64,000 nt of DNA from Cyanophora paradoxa CCMP329 (lineage: Eukaryota > Plantae > Glaucophyta). Shown one piece after another: positions 36,910 through 47,991 of the stretch. The stretch covers positions 372,001 to 436,000 of the forward strand of contig QPMI01000039.1 of the NCBI GenBank assembly GCA_004431415.1, in the 5' to 3' direction. How positions within the stretch are numbered: the stretch's first letter is position 1; the number at the start of each line of letters is the position of its first letter. The notes under the pieces are model-generated. The model saw nothing but the letters and a program-made list of their open reading frames with translations, did not search any database and had not been told where the DNA came from. The position numbers were made by a program, and so were the translations under genes.

Positions 36910-37173
36910 CCGTAAAACAGAATATTAAGGTACGCACTTTATTATGTCATCCCCAAATTATGTCGCCTCGGACGGGACATTATTCCCGGACATACCGACA
37001 TAATTTGGGGCCGTCATAGTAGGACACGCTCAGTCGTACCCCACCAAATTTACCGTCCCATACAAGCCTGAAAATTGCATCCCGACATAATTTGGGGACG
37101 TCATATTTCGCATAGAGAAGGGTCGGGTTTTAAAACGACATAAATTTGACCGTCATATTATTATGTTTTACGG
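36910..37173. mobile_element. MITE family C (264 bp), TA TSD
   Basis: TA|CCGTAAAACA ... TGTTTTACGG|TA; internal TTATGTC/GACATAA repeats; internally homologous to 49729-49898. Confidence 0.88.
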
Positions 37174-37839
37174 TACTGCTGTCCGCCGGGCCGACTCGGC
37201 GACGGTCATGATCACCGCCCTCGCCGAGTCGGCGCCCTGCAGGCTGCAGGCTGCAGGCCTAGGCTGCAGCTGTACAGCCTAACTTAAGTTAAGCGGCGCG
37301 CGAGCGCATCATGGCATGACAGTCAGAGTCAAGTCACTCACAGGACTCGTGAGTCCGACGGTCGTGACAGGAGTCACAGGCTCACAGCTCACTATGACTC
37401 TCAGAGTCTCTGAGTCACTCATCGTCGAGTCATCGATCCTGCCCGCGCGCGGCCGGTGCCGCTTGGACCGCTCCTAGCTAGGCCTGCGCATGCAGCGTAT
37501 CGACCCATGGCCAGCGAACTTTGGAATCCATCGATGCCTGCACGTGCACCTGCAGGCTGCAGCTGCAGCTAGTGCCGCTGATCCGAGTGATCGACTTCCG
37601 AAGTTCTGCTGCAAAATTTAAAGTTCTGCGCGTGCCGCAGTGCTTTCCGAAAAAGTTCATACAGTACTACTACTAGTATATACACACGATCAGCAAATCT
37701 GTCCAAGAACAAGCCTTCTGAAGCTTAAGAGTTCGCAACAAGCGTCCTTCATATCGATCAGCTGCAGCTGCAGCAGTGCAAATGTTTCAGCTGCAGAGAG
37801 CTTAGAGAAGCGCACGCGAGCTCTTCCGAATTCCCGGCC

Positions 37840-40524
37840 ATGGCCACAGCGCGCGTCGCCGAAATGACTGCGGTGGAACGCCGCGTGGCGGCCGCGGCCG
37901 ACTATGAGGAGCACCTGGAGCCAGCCTCGCCGCCGGTCTGTGCCACGGCGGCACGCGCATGCACATGCTTCCGCCAGCTCTCTCACGCAGCGCCGCCGCG
38001 CGGGCTCGCAGACGTCGTACGACGCGGAAGGGCTCGACGCGGTGTTCGGCCTCGTCGAAGAGTACTTCCTCTCGCCCTTCTCGGACGGCTGGCGCGTGTC
38101 CGTCACGCACGGGCCCGTGCGGACGGAGATCCGGGACCCCCCGCCCCTCTACCTCTTCCGCTCTACTGTCGTGCTGCCGGACGTTCCGGTCTCCTTCGCC
38201 ACTCGCCGTGCCATGACGGCGCTGAGCCGCGCCCCGGCCTGGAACGAGGTTTGTCCATATACATATCATGTGCCGCGCCGCCCCCGCCCCGCCCCGACCC
38301 GCCCCGCACTGCCCCGCCCCGGCCCGGCCAGCCGCCCCGCTTCGGTTCCTGGCCCGTGACGGCGACGGCGCGCACAGTTCGTGCTGGAGGAGACGATGCT
38401 GAGCGAGCTCCGGAGGGGCGCCGGCGACGCCGACGGCCTCGGCCGCGTCGAGATCCTTTACCAGCACGCTAACTACTTCGGTCCGCCCCCCCGCCCGCCC
38501 CCATTCGCCAGTGACAACCGAAACTCAAAAGCTGAAAGAGCGGGTCTTCGCTAAATCAGACTTGAATTAAATCCAGCCAATTACTCCTGTTGAAAAATCC
38601 AGCCAATTAATATTACTCCTGTTTGAACACCTAAAGAGAGGTCCCCCTGAACAGAGGCTCGCCCTGAAGGCGGCCGTGATTCAGAGAGGTTGCTGCTTTT
38701 CTATGCAAATGCCAGCCGCCTCCCTCCCCCCTTCCCCCCCCCGCACCCCCGCACCCGGCCCCACCCCTCTTCCCCCTCCCTCCCGCCCCCACCCTCACCC
38801 CCACCCCACCCCACCCCGCCCCCCCTCCCCCGCCCCCCCCTCCCCGCCCCCCTCGGCCTCCGCCCGCCTCGCCCGCCCGGCGCCCGTCCTGACGCGGCGG
38901 CGGCGGCGGCGGCGCAGGGTGGGACCTGCAGTCGAAGATGATGTTCGCGTCGAAGCGGCTCTCCGACGGCTCCGGTCTCTGCGTCAAGGTCGCCGCCGAG
39001 CTCAAGGTGCGCGCCCGCCGTGCTCGCGTACCGCCCGGCAAGGCTCGTACCCCGCCAAACTTCAGTTGCCGCAGGACGGCGTGTGGACGCCGCGGAACTT
39101 CGACAAGCGGATCAAATCCTTCCAGGGCGCCCACGTGGCGGCTCTCGACTCGGGCGGCTGCCGGCTCACCGTCTACCACGGCTCGGCCCGCCTCGTTTGG
39201 CTCTTCGTGCGCCGCACCCCCCTTGCCTTCCTTCCCCCCGCCTTTCTAATTGTAACCCCCAACCCCGAACAGCTCCCGCCCTACCTCCACTGCCAGATCA
39301 TGGCCCGGATCCTCGCCATGATGGCCCTCCGCGGGGCGCGCTCGATCCTGGCCGAGTACGCGAGCGCGCGGGGCGTGCCCCGGAGCGCCCCGGGGCCCTC
39401 CCGCGCCCTGTCCTTCTTCGCGTCGGGCTCCTCCTCCTTCTCGCTCAAGGGCCACTCCTCCTCCGCCTCCGCCTCCTCCGCCTCCGGCCCCGAGCTCGGC
39501 CTCCTCTCCCTCGACCGGGCCCTCGTCCAGGACGCGGGCGAGGTCGGCTCCCTCCCCGCCGCGCCCCCCTTCGAGCGCGGCAGCGGCGCCCCCGCCGTAC
39601 CCCCCTGCCCCGGCGCCTCCGATGTCTTCTACCAGCTCCTGGGCCTCCAGGTGCAGCCGTACCCCCGGCCGGCCCCGGCCCCGCCCCCCGACTCCCCCGG
39701 CCCGCAGCACCACGGGGCGGAGGAGCGGGACGGGTCGTCTCCCGAGAGCCTGGGCGGGGGCGCGGCGGGGGGGGAGGAGGAGCCTCAGCAGCTGAACCTC
39801 GAGGCCCGCGAGATAGCGGAGCCGCGCATGCTGCCCCGCGTCGGAGAGGCCATGCGGTGCGCCTTAAGCTGCTCCCCGCCCCTCCCCCTCGCTTCCAGCT
39901 CTGGCCGCTCGACGTCGGCTCACGGGCGCCCTCGCGCGGCCCGGCCCGCAGGGTCTCACTGGACCTGGCCCTCCGCATGGAGTCGATGGGCATCGCGGAG
40001 GGCGCCCGCGGCGGCAGGGAACCCTCGCCCGCCCCGCCCCCCGCGGCCAGCTCGAGCTCGGTCGGGTCGGCCGGGTCGGCCGGCCCGGCGGGGTCGGCCA
40101 TGTTCGCCTTCCCCCCCCGGGCCCCGCCCCGCCCCGCAGGCGCCCCCCGCCCCCCGCCGTTCTTCCTCTCCCGTACCCCGCCGGCCCCTCGATTTCGCCC
40201 CCCGCTCTCGATTTGCGTCCCCTTGGGTCCCTTTCCGCCCACGGTGGACGCCCCGCCGCCTCCGCTGCCGCCCGAGCGGCTCGTACCCTCCGCCAAGAAA
40301 CGTGTACCCGATCGCGAGGAGGCGCAGCCCGAAGCAAGGGGCTCGCCAAGGAGCGGGAACGCGTCGCCGCGGCCCGGGCCCGACGCCAGCGCCCGCCACG
40401 CGCCCTCGGGCTCGCCCCGGCTGGGGCCCCACAGGGGTGCGCCGCCCCCTGTACCCCCCGCCCGCCCCCCCTCCTCCGCGTCCTGGCCGACCGCGCCACA
40501 GAGGCGGACGAGAGCCCGCGGCCA

Positions 40525-40557
<33 letters not shown>

Positions 40558-40947
40558 CCGGCCGCAGCCGAGGTCCACGCCTACAGGGCCCTGAGGGTGA
40601 TCGACGCGGGGCGGCCCATCATCATGAAGGACCTCATCGGCACACAGGCGGACGCCTACTCCGCCTCGGTGGCCCTGCCCCGCCCGCCCGCCCGCCGCCG
40701 ACGGGGCGGCGCCCCGCCCCGCGCCAAGAAGGGGCGCGCGCCGGGCAAGGGCGCCGCCTCCGAGGGGTCCCCCCCACCCAAGCCCCGGCCGCTCCTCCAC
40801 CCAGTGCCCATCGCCCCCGCCGCCAAGCCGCCGGGCGCCGGCCCGCAGACGGCCCTCCCACAGGCTCCCCTCGAGCCTCCGACTAGCTCGAGGCCGCTGG
40901 CCGGCGCTCTGGACCCGGGGCCAGCCGGCCTGCCGAAGCTCATCTAG
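37840..40947 (+). CDS. Divergent START/SRPBCC-like domain protein with long Pro/Ala/Ser-rich C-terminus, multi-exon
   Basis: DGWRVSVTHGPVRTEIRDPPPLYLFRSTVVLPDVP..APAWNE|FVLEETML..VEILYQHANYF..MFASKRLSDGSGLCV..IKSFQGAHVAALDSGGCRLTVYH..IMARILAMMALRG follows the order of a helix-grip fold; ends PKLI*. Confidence 0.6.
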
Positions 40948-41947
40948 TTGGAGTCTCTGGTTCGAGTCCCCGTCCGCATATTCGGAAGGGCATCTTTATA
41001 TATTAATTTCAAGCCATTTCGCAGCTCTTCAGAGCACCTGCAGCCGCAGGCTGCAGCTGCCCGCCCTTTTCAGTTAAATTCAGCTAGCGCTAGGCCTGTC
41101 CGGTCGCCCTGGCAGTGTCGCTAAGTTCTTTTTTTCTGGTTCAGAAGTAAACTCGTATGAATAATTTCTCGGACGGCCAGCATTCTAAGCATTTCATTCG
41201 AATTCGCGCGCACTCAACGATTTAGGAAGATCATTATATCTATCCCAAACGTCGACTACCGTAGTACAGCATGTCACTGTGATGTCAGCCTGGCAGTAGT
41301 TCATATTCGTGCACGTATACATAGCGCTACAGCAGTATACGTACTAGTCTGCACATAAGCATGCCGCGATACTACTAGGCTAGCTATAGTACTAGTGATA
41401 GCATCGATATCGATATCGATATCCAATGATCTCAGTCTCTTTGCAGCGTACTCCGTACGATATGCATGATAGTCCGTATACCGTATACGTAGGGTTGAAA
41501 CTTATAATTAGCTATACGTAGGTTTGCATGCGCCAACGTACGGTAGAACTCCGCAGCTTAAGTTTAATGATATTTGCATAACGATCTTATATCGGTTTCG
41601 CGAACGTTTGATTTCCCACTGTGATCGACGCTATTTTTCTTTATGTTCCAGACAACAGACTATGATAACTATAGCTACCAGCTACTGCTGAGTAAAACTA
41701 GTACTACGAATACTGTGTATTAGTTGAATCGAAAACGAGCTTAAGCTTCGATTCCATGTCCGGGCTGGTTCATCTTAACTTGGCGCCAGCTGCAGCCGTT
41801 CTTGACAGCGTTCAAGGACAAACTGATTGTGAAACACTCAAGGACAAACTGATTGTGAAACACTGCCGCAAATGGGGCTTCAAAGTATGAACACGCTATA
41901 ACTAGCTATATCTTAAGCTTGCTGTGGTGAACTCGGAACGCTCCGGC

Positions 41948-42421
41948 TCACTCTCGGGTGCAGAAGCGGCGGGCGCGGGCGACGATCAGGGCCTGCGTGG
42001 AAGATGCCGCGTTCGCTACGGCCGCTGGGATCCTGCGGCCAGGCCAGTCACTTTGTGAGCCCCGTGCATCCCAGCCTCTCTTTCGCGGCGGGCGGCGGGG
42101 AGTGCGGGCGGCAGGGGCGGGCGGACCAGCCGCCGAGGTCGGCGTTGGCGATGTACGTCACGTGGCTCTTGTCCGGCTCCCCCGCCACCGGCCGCGCGAT
42201 CCAGCCTGCGCGCGCGAACGAACCCCGATGAGATCGGGCTCCCCCGCAGGCCCGCGGCCCCCGAAGAGGACGCGAGCCGGCGCAGGCGCTCGGGGCGGTC
42301 GGACCCGACACCACGATCCTGCCGGGCGCCACGTCGAAGTAAGAGAACGCCACTTTGATTTCTTGGGGGGAGGGGGAAAGGGCGGGGGAAGGGCCCGGGG
42401 GAGGGAGTAAGAGAAGGGCCC

Positions 42422-42452
<31 letters not shown>

Positions 42453-43774
42453 GGGAGGCAAGCTGCCAGATGGGTATTGAAGCTAATTGCGATCGAAGGG
42501 AGCGGGGTGGGAGGGGGGGGGGGGCTCGCACTTTGCGCGGACGAAGCCGTCGCGCTCCGGCACGTCGGGGTGCTCTGCGGGGGCGTGGGCGGCGCCGGGG
42601 GCGCGGGGCCCGGCGCGGGCGGGCGGACCGACGGAGCGGACGCCGGCGATGCACGTGCCGTCAGGGGTGCAGCGCGTGAACGCCGCGTACCTGCCCCGCC
42701 GCCCCGCGCCCCGTCGGCCCCCGCCGCCCCGAGCCGGCCCGGCGGCGGTGGCGGGAGGGTTGCGGGTTCGCTTACACCATGTCCCTGCGCCCCGCCCCGC
42801 CGCCGCGCTCTCAGCGGGGAGCCTCGCGGGCTGGGCGAGGGGCGGAAGGAAGGGGGGATACCGGTCCCAGACGGGCTTGGGCAGGCCTATCTCGGCGTAC
42901 TGAATGACGGCCTGGGGCCGGCCCGGCCCCTGCGAGATCCGCTGCACCACGCGCGAGCTCTGCCGAGCGGCCCCGTGAGCGGCTCGGCGGATGGAAGGAG
43001 CTCGAGCGGTATCGCCCTTTGCATCATATTAGAGCCGGGGCGCACCCTGAGCATCTTGTTGTAGTGGCGGACGGCGCCCTCGGCGCTGATGCACGCGAAG
43101 AAGGCGCGCGGGGACATCGGCACGAGGCCCTCGCCCTTGATCAGCTGCCGCCCGCCTCCGCCAGCCCGCGTCCAGATCTGCCCGCGCCCGGCAGTGGGCC
43201 GGCACGCGCCGCTCGGAGGTCAGCCCACGGAGCGCCAGCGCGCGGGGGCGCCCCAGCGCAGCCAGCGGCCGTCCGACGCGGCCGGATCCGGAGCCGGACA
43301 GGCGATGCCGCCCACCTTTCCTAAGCTTTACTCAAAAGCATCTATACAGGAGGCCTAGGCGCTGTAGCGACCGGCTGGAAGCCCCAGCGCCCGCCGGCCG
43401 CAGCCGCGAGTGACGCGAGCTCGCGCACCCGCACGCCGTCTTGCTCCGAGTGGTGGCGCCACTCCTTGCTGGACGCCTGCGCACCGGCAAGGTTCACGTT
43501 CAGCTGCAGCTGCCCCTGAGTCGCTGCATGCGCCGCGGCGCCGGTCCGGTGCGCCGGTCACTATCCGCCGGCGCGCCGCTTGTGGCCAAGCCGCGCGCGG
43601 GGTCTATGCTTCCAGGAGCATCGCGTGAACGCCGCCGCCGGCTAGCGCAATGCACGCTCGCGAATGCCCGCTCTAGCTCGCAAACGGTGGCTCGGGGCGC
43701 ACGATTGCCAGCAGGTCTCTCGTCACCTCAGCAGTGAAGCGAGCGACGTCGAAGCCCGCGATCGGGCCGGGCAT
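41948..43774 (-). CDS. START-domain lipid-transfer protein, paralog A
   Basis: MPGPIAGFDVARFTAEVTRDLLAI|ASSKEWRHHSEQDGVR|IWTRAGGGGRQLIKGEGLV..YNKML..YAEIGLPKPVWDR|DMV|YAAF..GVRSV|EHPDVPERDGFVRAK|IVVS|GWIARP..KSHVTYIANADLGGW|IPAAVANAASSTQAL..CTRE*. Confidence 0.88.
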
Positions 43775-44017
43775 CAGCCCGACGGCGGCGGCGCCGGCGG
43801 CCGGCGGCGGGGCCGAGGGGGGTATAGCTTCGCGTCTTCGCAAGTTAACAACGGCGCGGCAGCTGTCGAGCTTGCGAGGCCGGCGTACATCAGGCCGGGC
43901 GCAGTTGCTATGCAACTCGATCCAATCTAGCCACGCTAAGCCCCTGTCGAGGGAGACGATTCCAACGACGCCGCGGGCGTCGACCCTCGGAGCCTTTAGC
44001 CAAGCACGAGCTCGAGA
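43775..44017. promoter_or_regulatory. Putative bidirectional promoter (~240 bp) between START paralog A and the SK-like channel
   Basis: Head-to-head inferred ATGs at 43774 (-) and 44018 (+). Confidence 0.45.
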
Positions 44018-47000
44018 ATGATTCAGCGTGCGGCGCTAGCATTCGCTGATCAGAGCTCAAAGCGGGGACCATCACCCCTTCTTGTTCGGCAGGACTCGCA
44101 CACCACGACTGTCTTCGAGGTGAAGCGCGGCCCGTCTGTTCCCCAGCGCGATTTTCTCTGCATCTTCGAGACTCACCGGATCTCGGACGGCCCGCCGCGC
44201 AGGACGCGAACTTTTCGAAGCTCCCTTCGCTCGACTACACTGCGGTGTCCGATGGCGAGGTGGCGATGCGTGTGCCGCTCAGCCCCGCGCTCGGCTCTCC
44301 GAGCGCAATCCCGGCGGCACGGCGGCCCGAGGCCGACGGCCCGGTGGCGCCGCCGACGGGCAGCCGGCCCAGGTAAGCGTATCCCTTCGCGCTTTCGAAC
44401 GTACGTGAGGGCAGGCGGCGCGACCGACCCGACCGCCCCCACGCAGGCGTCCCTCGTGGCTTGCAACGACAATCGCAGACGAGGCGCGTGGCGCGGGGCC
44501 CGGGGCGCGGCGCCGCTCGCGCTTAACGCGGCGCGGGGGCGCAGGGCGCGCGTCTGAAGGAGCTGCCGAACCTGTTCGGCCTCACCACCTCCAAGCTAGG
44601 TGGGAGAGCGCGCGCCGGAGCAACGCGGCTTGAATTTGATCCGCGCGGTTTGGATTTGATCCTCGATTCGATCCGGGCGCAGGGTTGGTCCTGGCGGACC
44701 AGCGGCGGCTCCTGCACAACGTGGCCTCCCTGCTCGCTGTCCTCGCGATCCTCTTCGCCATCGTCGACGTCGAGTGCTACACCAAGTGCGCGGCTCTCGT
44801 ACCCCCGAATCCCCGCGCCGACCGGCGGCAGGTACGAGCGGGGCGACGAGTACCCCTCCATCATCCTGCGCGGCTGCGTCACGGCGCTGAGCGTCACGCT
44901 ATGCTTCTTGACCTACAAGGAGACGAGCGTGCGGTGAGCTCGGCCGGGCCGGGGCGACGCGGCGACGCCTACCCCCCCTCCCTTTCCCCCCCCCTGGGCC
45001 GACGCGCCCGCCTGCTCGGGGCAGGCACCGCGAGATGGCCTTCCAGCGCTCGTTCTTCCTCCGCAGTGCGCCCCGCCCCGCCCCGCCCCGCGCCCTTCCC
45101 CGGGGGCCCCTTCCTTCCTTGCCGGCGGCGACCGACGTACGGCGCCCGGCCGCAGCGAACCTGTGGACGGCGGGGCTGGTCGGCCCCATGCTCCTCGAAA
45201 TGGCCCTCTGCCTCGCGCACCTGCCGCCCGCCGTCCGCTTCACCGGCCCCGCCGAGTACGCCTGTGAGCACGCGTACCCGCCCCCCGGCCCGCCCTCCGC
45301 CCCCCGGGAGCTCACGCCGGGGGGTACAGTCACGTCGGAGGGGTCGGGTACGTCTGAGTACAACGAGGCGGCCCTGGCGCCCCTCGTCTTCCTCCGCGTT
45401 TTCACCGTCTTCAAGACCGTCCGCCCCCCCGCCCGCCCCCCGCCCGCCCGCCCCTTCCTTCCCTTAGCGCCGGGCCGGGTCGGGCCGGGCAGGTGCGGGG
45501 CCACAGCTACGTCTACCGCCACGGCGGCCGCTTCCTCAACCGCTCGAACGGCGTCCCTGTGCGTGTACCCCCCCTCCGGCCGCGCCATAGGGGGGTACAC
45601 GGTCCTGCATCGGGGCCGCGCCGCAACCGGCGCCGCCTCGCCCCGCGGCTCTCCCCCCCTCCCCCCCTCCCGCCGCTTACTCCCCTGGCTCCAGATCACG
45701 ATGACGTACGTGTTCCGGGCGTCGATGGCGAAGCGGCCCCTAACCACCGTCGCCCTTCTCCTCGCCTTTGCCGTCTCCGTGCGCTCGAATTCGCCCCCTT
45801 GAGCTTCGAACTCGGTTTGGTTGCTCGGCGGGATTCTGACGGGCCCGCCCTCGGGCCCCGCGCCCCGCGCCTCGACCAGATGTTCGCCTACACGCTCCTC
45901 GTGCGCTCGCGCCCCCCCCCCCCCCCCCCCTCTCGCCCCCCGCGGCCTCACCGCGCCGCGCACCTCCGCCGCAGATCTACGAGCGGCCCTTCGCCGGCCC
46001 CGACTACGGCTTCCCGGTACCTCTCTCGGCTCTCGTTCGTTCGCACCCCCACTCACTCCGTCCCCAGGCCGCCCTCTGGAACGTCTTCATCGGTACCTCT
46101 CCCCGTCGCCCTCCCTCCACATCCCGTCCCCCCCCTCCCCCCCTCACAGCACCCCGCCAGCGATGACGACGGTGGGCTTCGGCGACGTCTTCCCCTACTC
46201 GTACCCGGGGCGCGCCATCATTGCTGTCTCGGTTCCCTCCCTCCTCCCCCCCCCCTCCCCCCCCCCTCCCTTTGCTGAGGAGCGGTACCCCTGGCAGGTG
46301 TGGATCGGACTGGTCCTGTTCGCGTTCCTGACGGGTGTCTTCGTGGAGAAGGCCCGCCTCCAGGGGCCCGAGCTCCGGGTCCGCGGTGCCGAGGGCGCAG
46401 GGACAGCGGGAGGCGGCCGAGTGAGGCCCGGGCGGGCGCAGGTGGTCTCGACGCTGCGCTCGAGCTCGCTGCGGCGGCGCTACCGCACGGCGGCGGCCGT
46501 CCTCGTGCAGCGCGTCTGGCGCTGGCAGGTCCGCGCCCGCCGCATCCCGGGCGTCCGCGAGCGCGGCTTCGGCCAGCGGTGCGCGCGCGCGAGCGAGCCA
46601 GCGGTCCCCGCGCACGGTCGTAGCTCCGGGTCGAGCGTGAACAAGCAAACGAGCGGGGCCGGGGCGGGCAGGGAGGTGGAGGCGCTGGAGGAGTGGAGCG
46701 AGGCGCGCTACGCCTACCGCCTCGACCTCGCCGGCGAGTCCGACGCAGGCTTCCAGGTCCGATCCCAGCCCGCCCCCCCAGAAGAAGAGAAAAAGGAAGA
46801 AGGAGGAGGAGAAGAGAAGGCGCCAGCGGGCAGAGCAGCCGGCCGCCCGCCCCCGCCCCCGGCCCGCGCGCCGCCTCGGGGAGGGCCGCCGCCCGCCCCC
46901 GCCCGCCCGCCCCCGCGCCCGCCCCGACGCGTAGAGCAGAACAGCGACGTGGTGCTGGACCGCGTGGCACGGGGCGTCCTCGAGCTCCGCGCCGGCCTCC

Positions 47001-47725
47001 TCGACCTCCGCCGCCAGGTCCGGCCGCCTCCTTCTTCTTCTTTCTTCTTCTTCTTCTTCGCGCGCTCTCGCCGACTCTGTGTCTGTCTGTTAGATGGGCG
47101 AGATGCGGGGCGAGATCGCGGGGCGGCCCTGCGCCAGCTGCGGGGCGGCGGCGCCGCCGCCGCCGCCGGTGCCGGCGCCAGGAGCGGGCGCGGGGTGGAG
47201 GCGGCCAGCCCGCGGGGCCGCCGCGGAGCGCGGCCGACGAGGACGAGTTCGCCGCCCTGAACCGTAACCCCCTCCCCCCACCGCGCCCGCCTCCGGACCT
47301 GACGCCGCACCGTGTACCCCCCCCCAGACGGGACGCCCTTCCGCTACGTTGGCCTGGGCTCGAGCTCGAATCTCGCCGGCCGCGTTCCGGCGTCCGCCCC
47401 GCGGCCGGCGCCGGCGCCGGCCCCGCCGGCGGCCCGAACGCGCCCGGGCAGCCTCGGGGGGACGTCGATTCCCTGCCCAAGGCTTCCTCGCTCCACGCCC
47501 CCGGCCCCATGGCCAACGGCTTCCCCCGCCGGCGCCCCCTCCCTGGAGCTCCCGGCCCGCGCCGCGTCCCGCCGCCCCGGGCTGGCCCGCCGCCCGGGCC
47601 CCGGCGCGCGGCCCTCCGGCGTCCTCCCGCATTTCGAAGGCGGCGGCGGCGGCGGCGGCGGCGGCGCCCAACTCAACGGCCCCGTCGTCCCTGCGCGCCG
47701 CGTCTCGAGGCCCGTCGTTCTCTAG
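44018..47725 (+). CDS. SK/KCNN-like (small-conductance Ca2+/calmodulin-gated type) potassium channel, multi-exon
   Basis: S1 LLHNVASLLAVLAILFAIVDVE; S2 IILRGCVTALSVTLCFLTY; S3 MLLEMALCLAHLPP; S4 LAPLVFLRVF; linker HSYVYRHGGRFLNRSNGV..TYVFRASM; S5 ..IYERP; pore ALWNVFI|AMTTVGFGDVFPYSYPGR; S6 WIGLVLFAFLTGVFVEKARLQGPEL; CaM-binding-like RYRTAAAVLVQRVWR. Start uncertain. Confidence 0.85.
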
Positions 47726-47991
47726 TTGATTGAAGCCCGTAGCGCCAGCGCAGGCGGCAGAATTAGAGTCCGGCGTTGCAGTTTTGCGGTACAGGCTAGG
47801 AAATACCTTGAGGGAGCTCGAGTAGGAGACTAGGAGTGATGCGGCGAGTTTTGAAGAGAGGGGGGTGAGTGGGGGGGGGGTACGAACGCCAATCAGCGCT
47901 TCCAAGCCGGCATCCCATCCAACCCTCAGCAAGCAAGCCCGGCGCACGTGCACGAGCGCGCGCGAGCACACGTTCGAATTCCGACCCTAGC

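Noticed and set aside
38676-40886. 736-aa ORF as a single-exon gene
   Set aside because: Reads through C-rich introns; only part is in the true frame.
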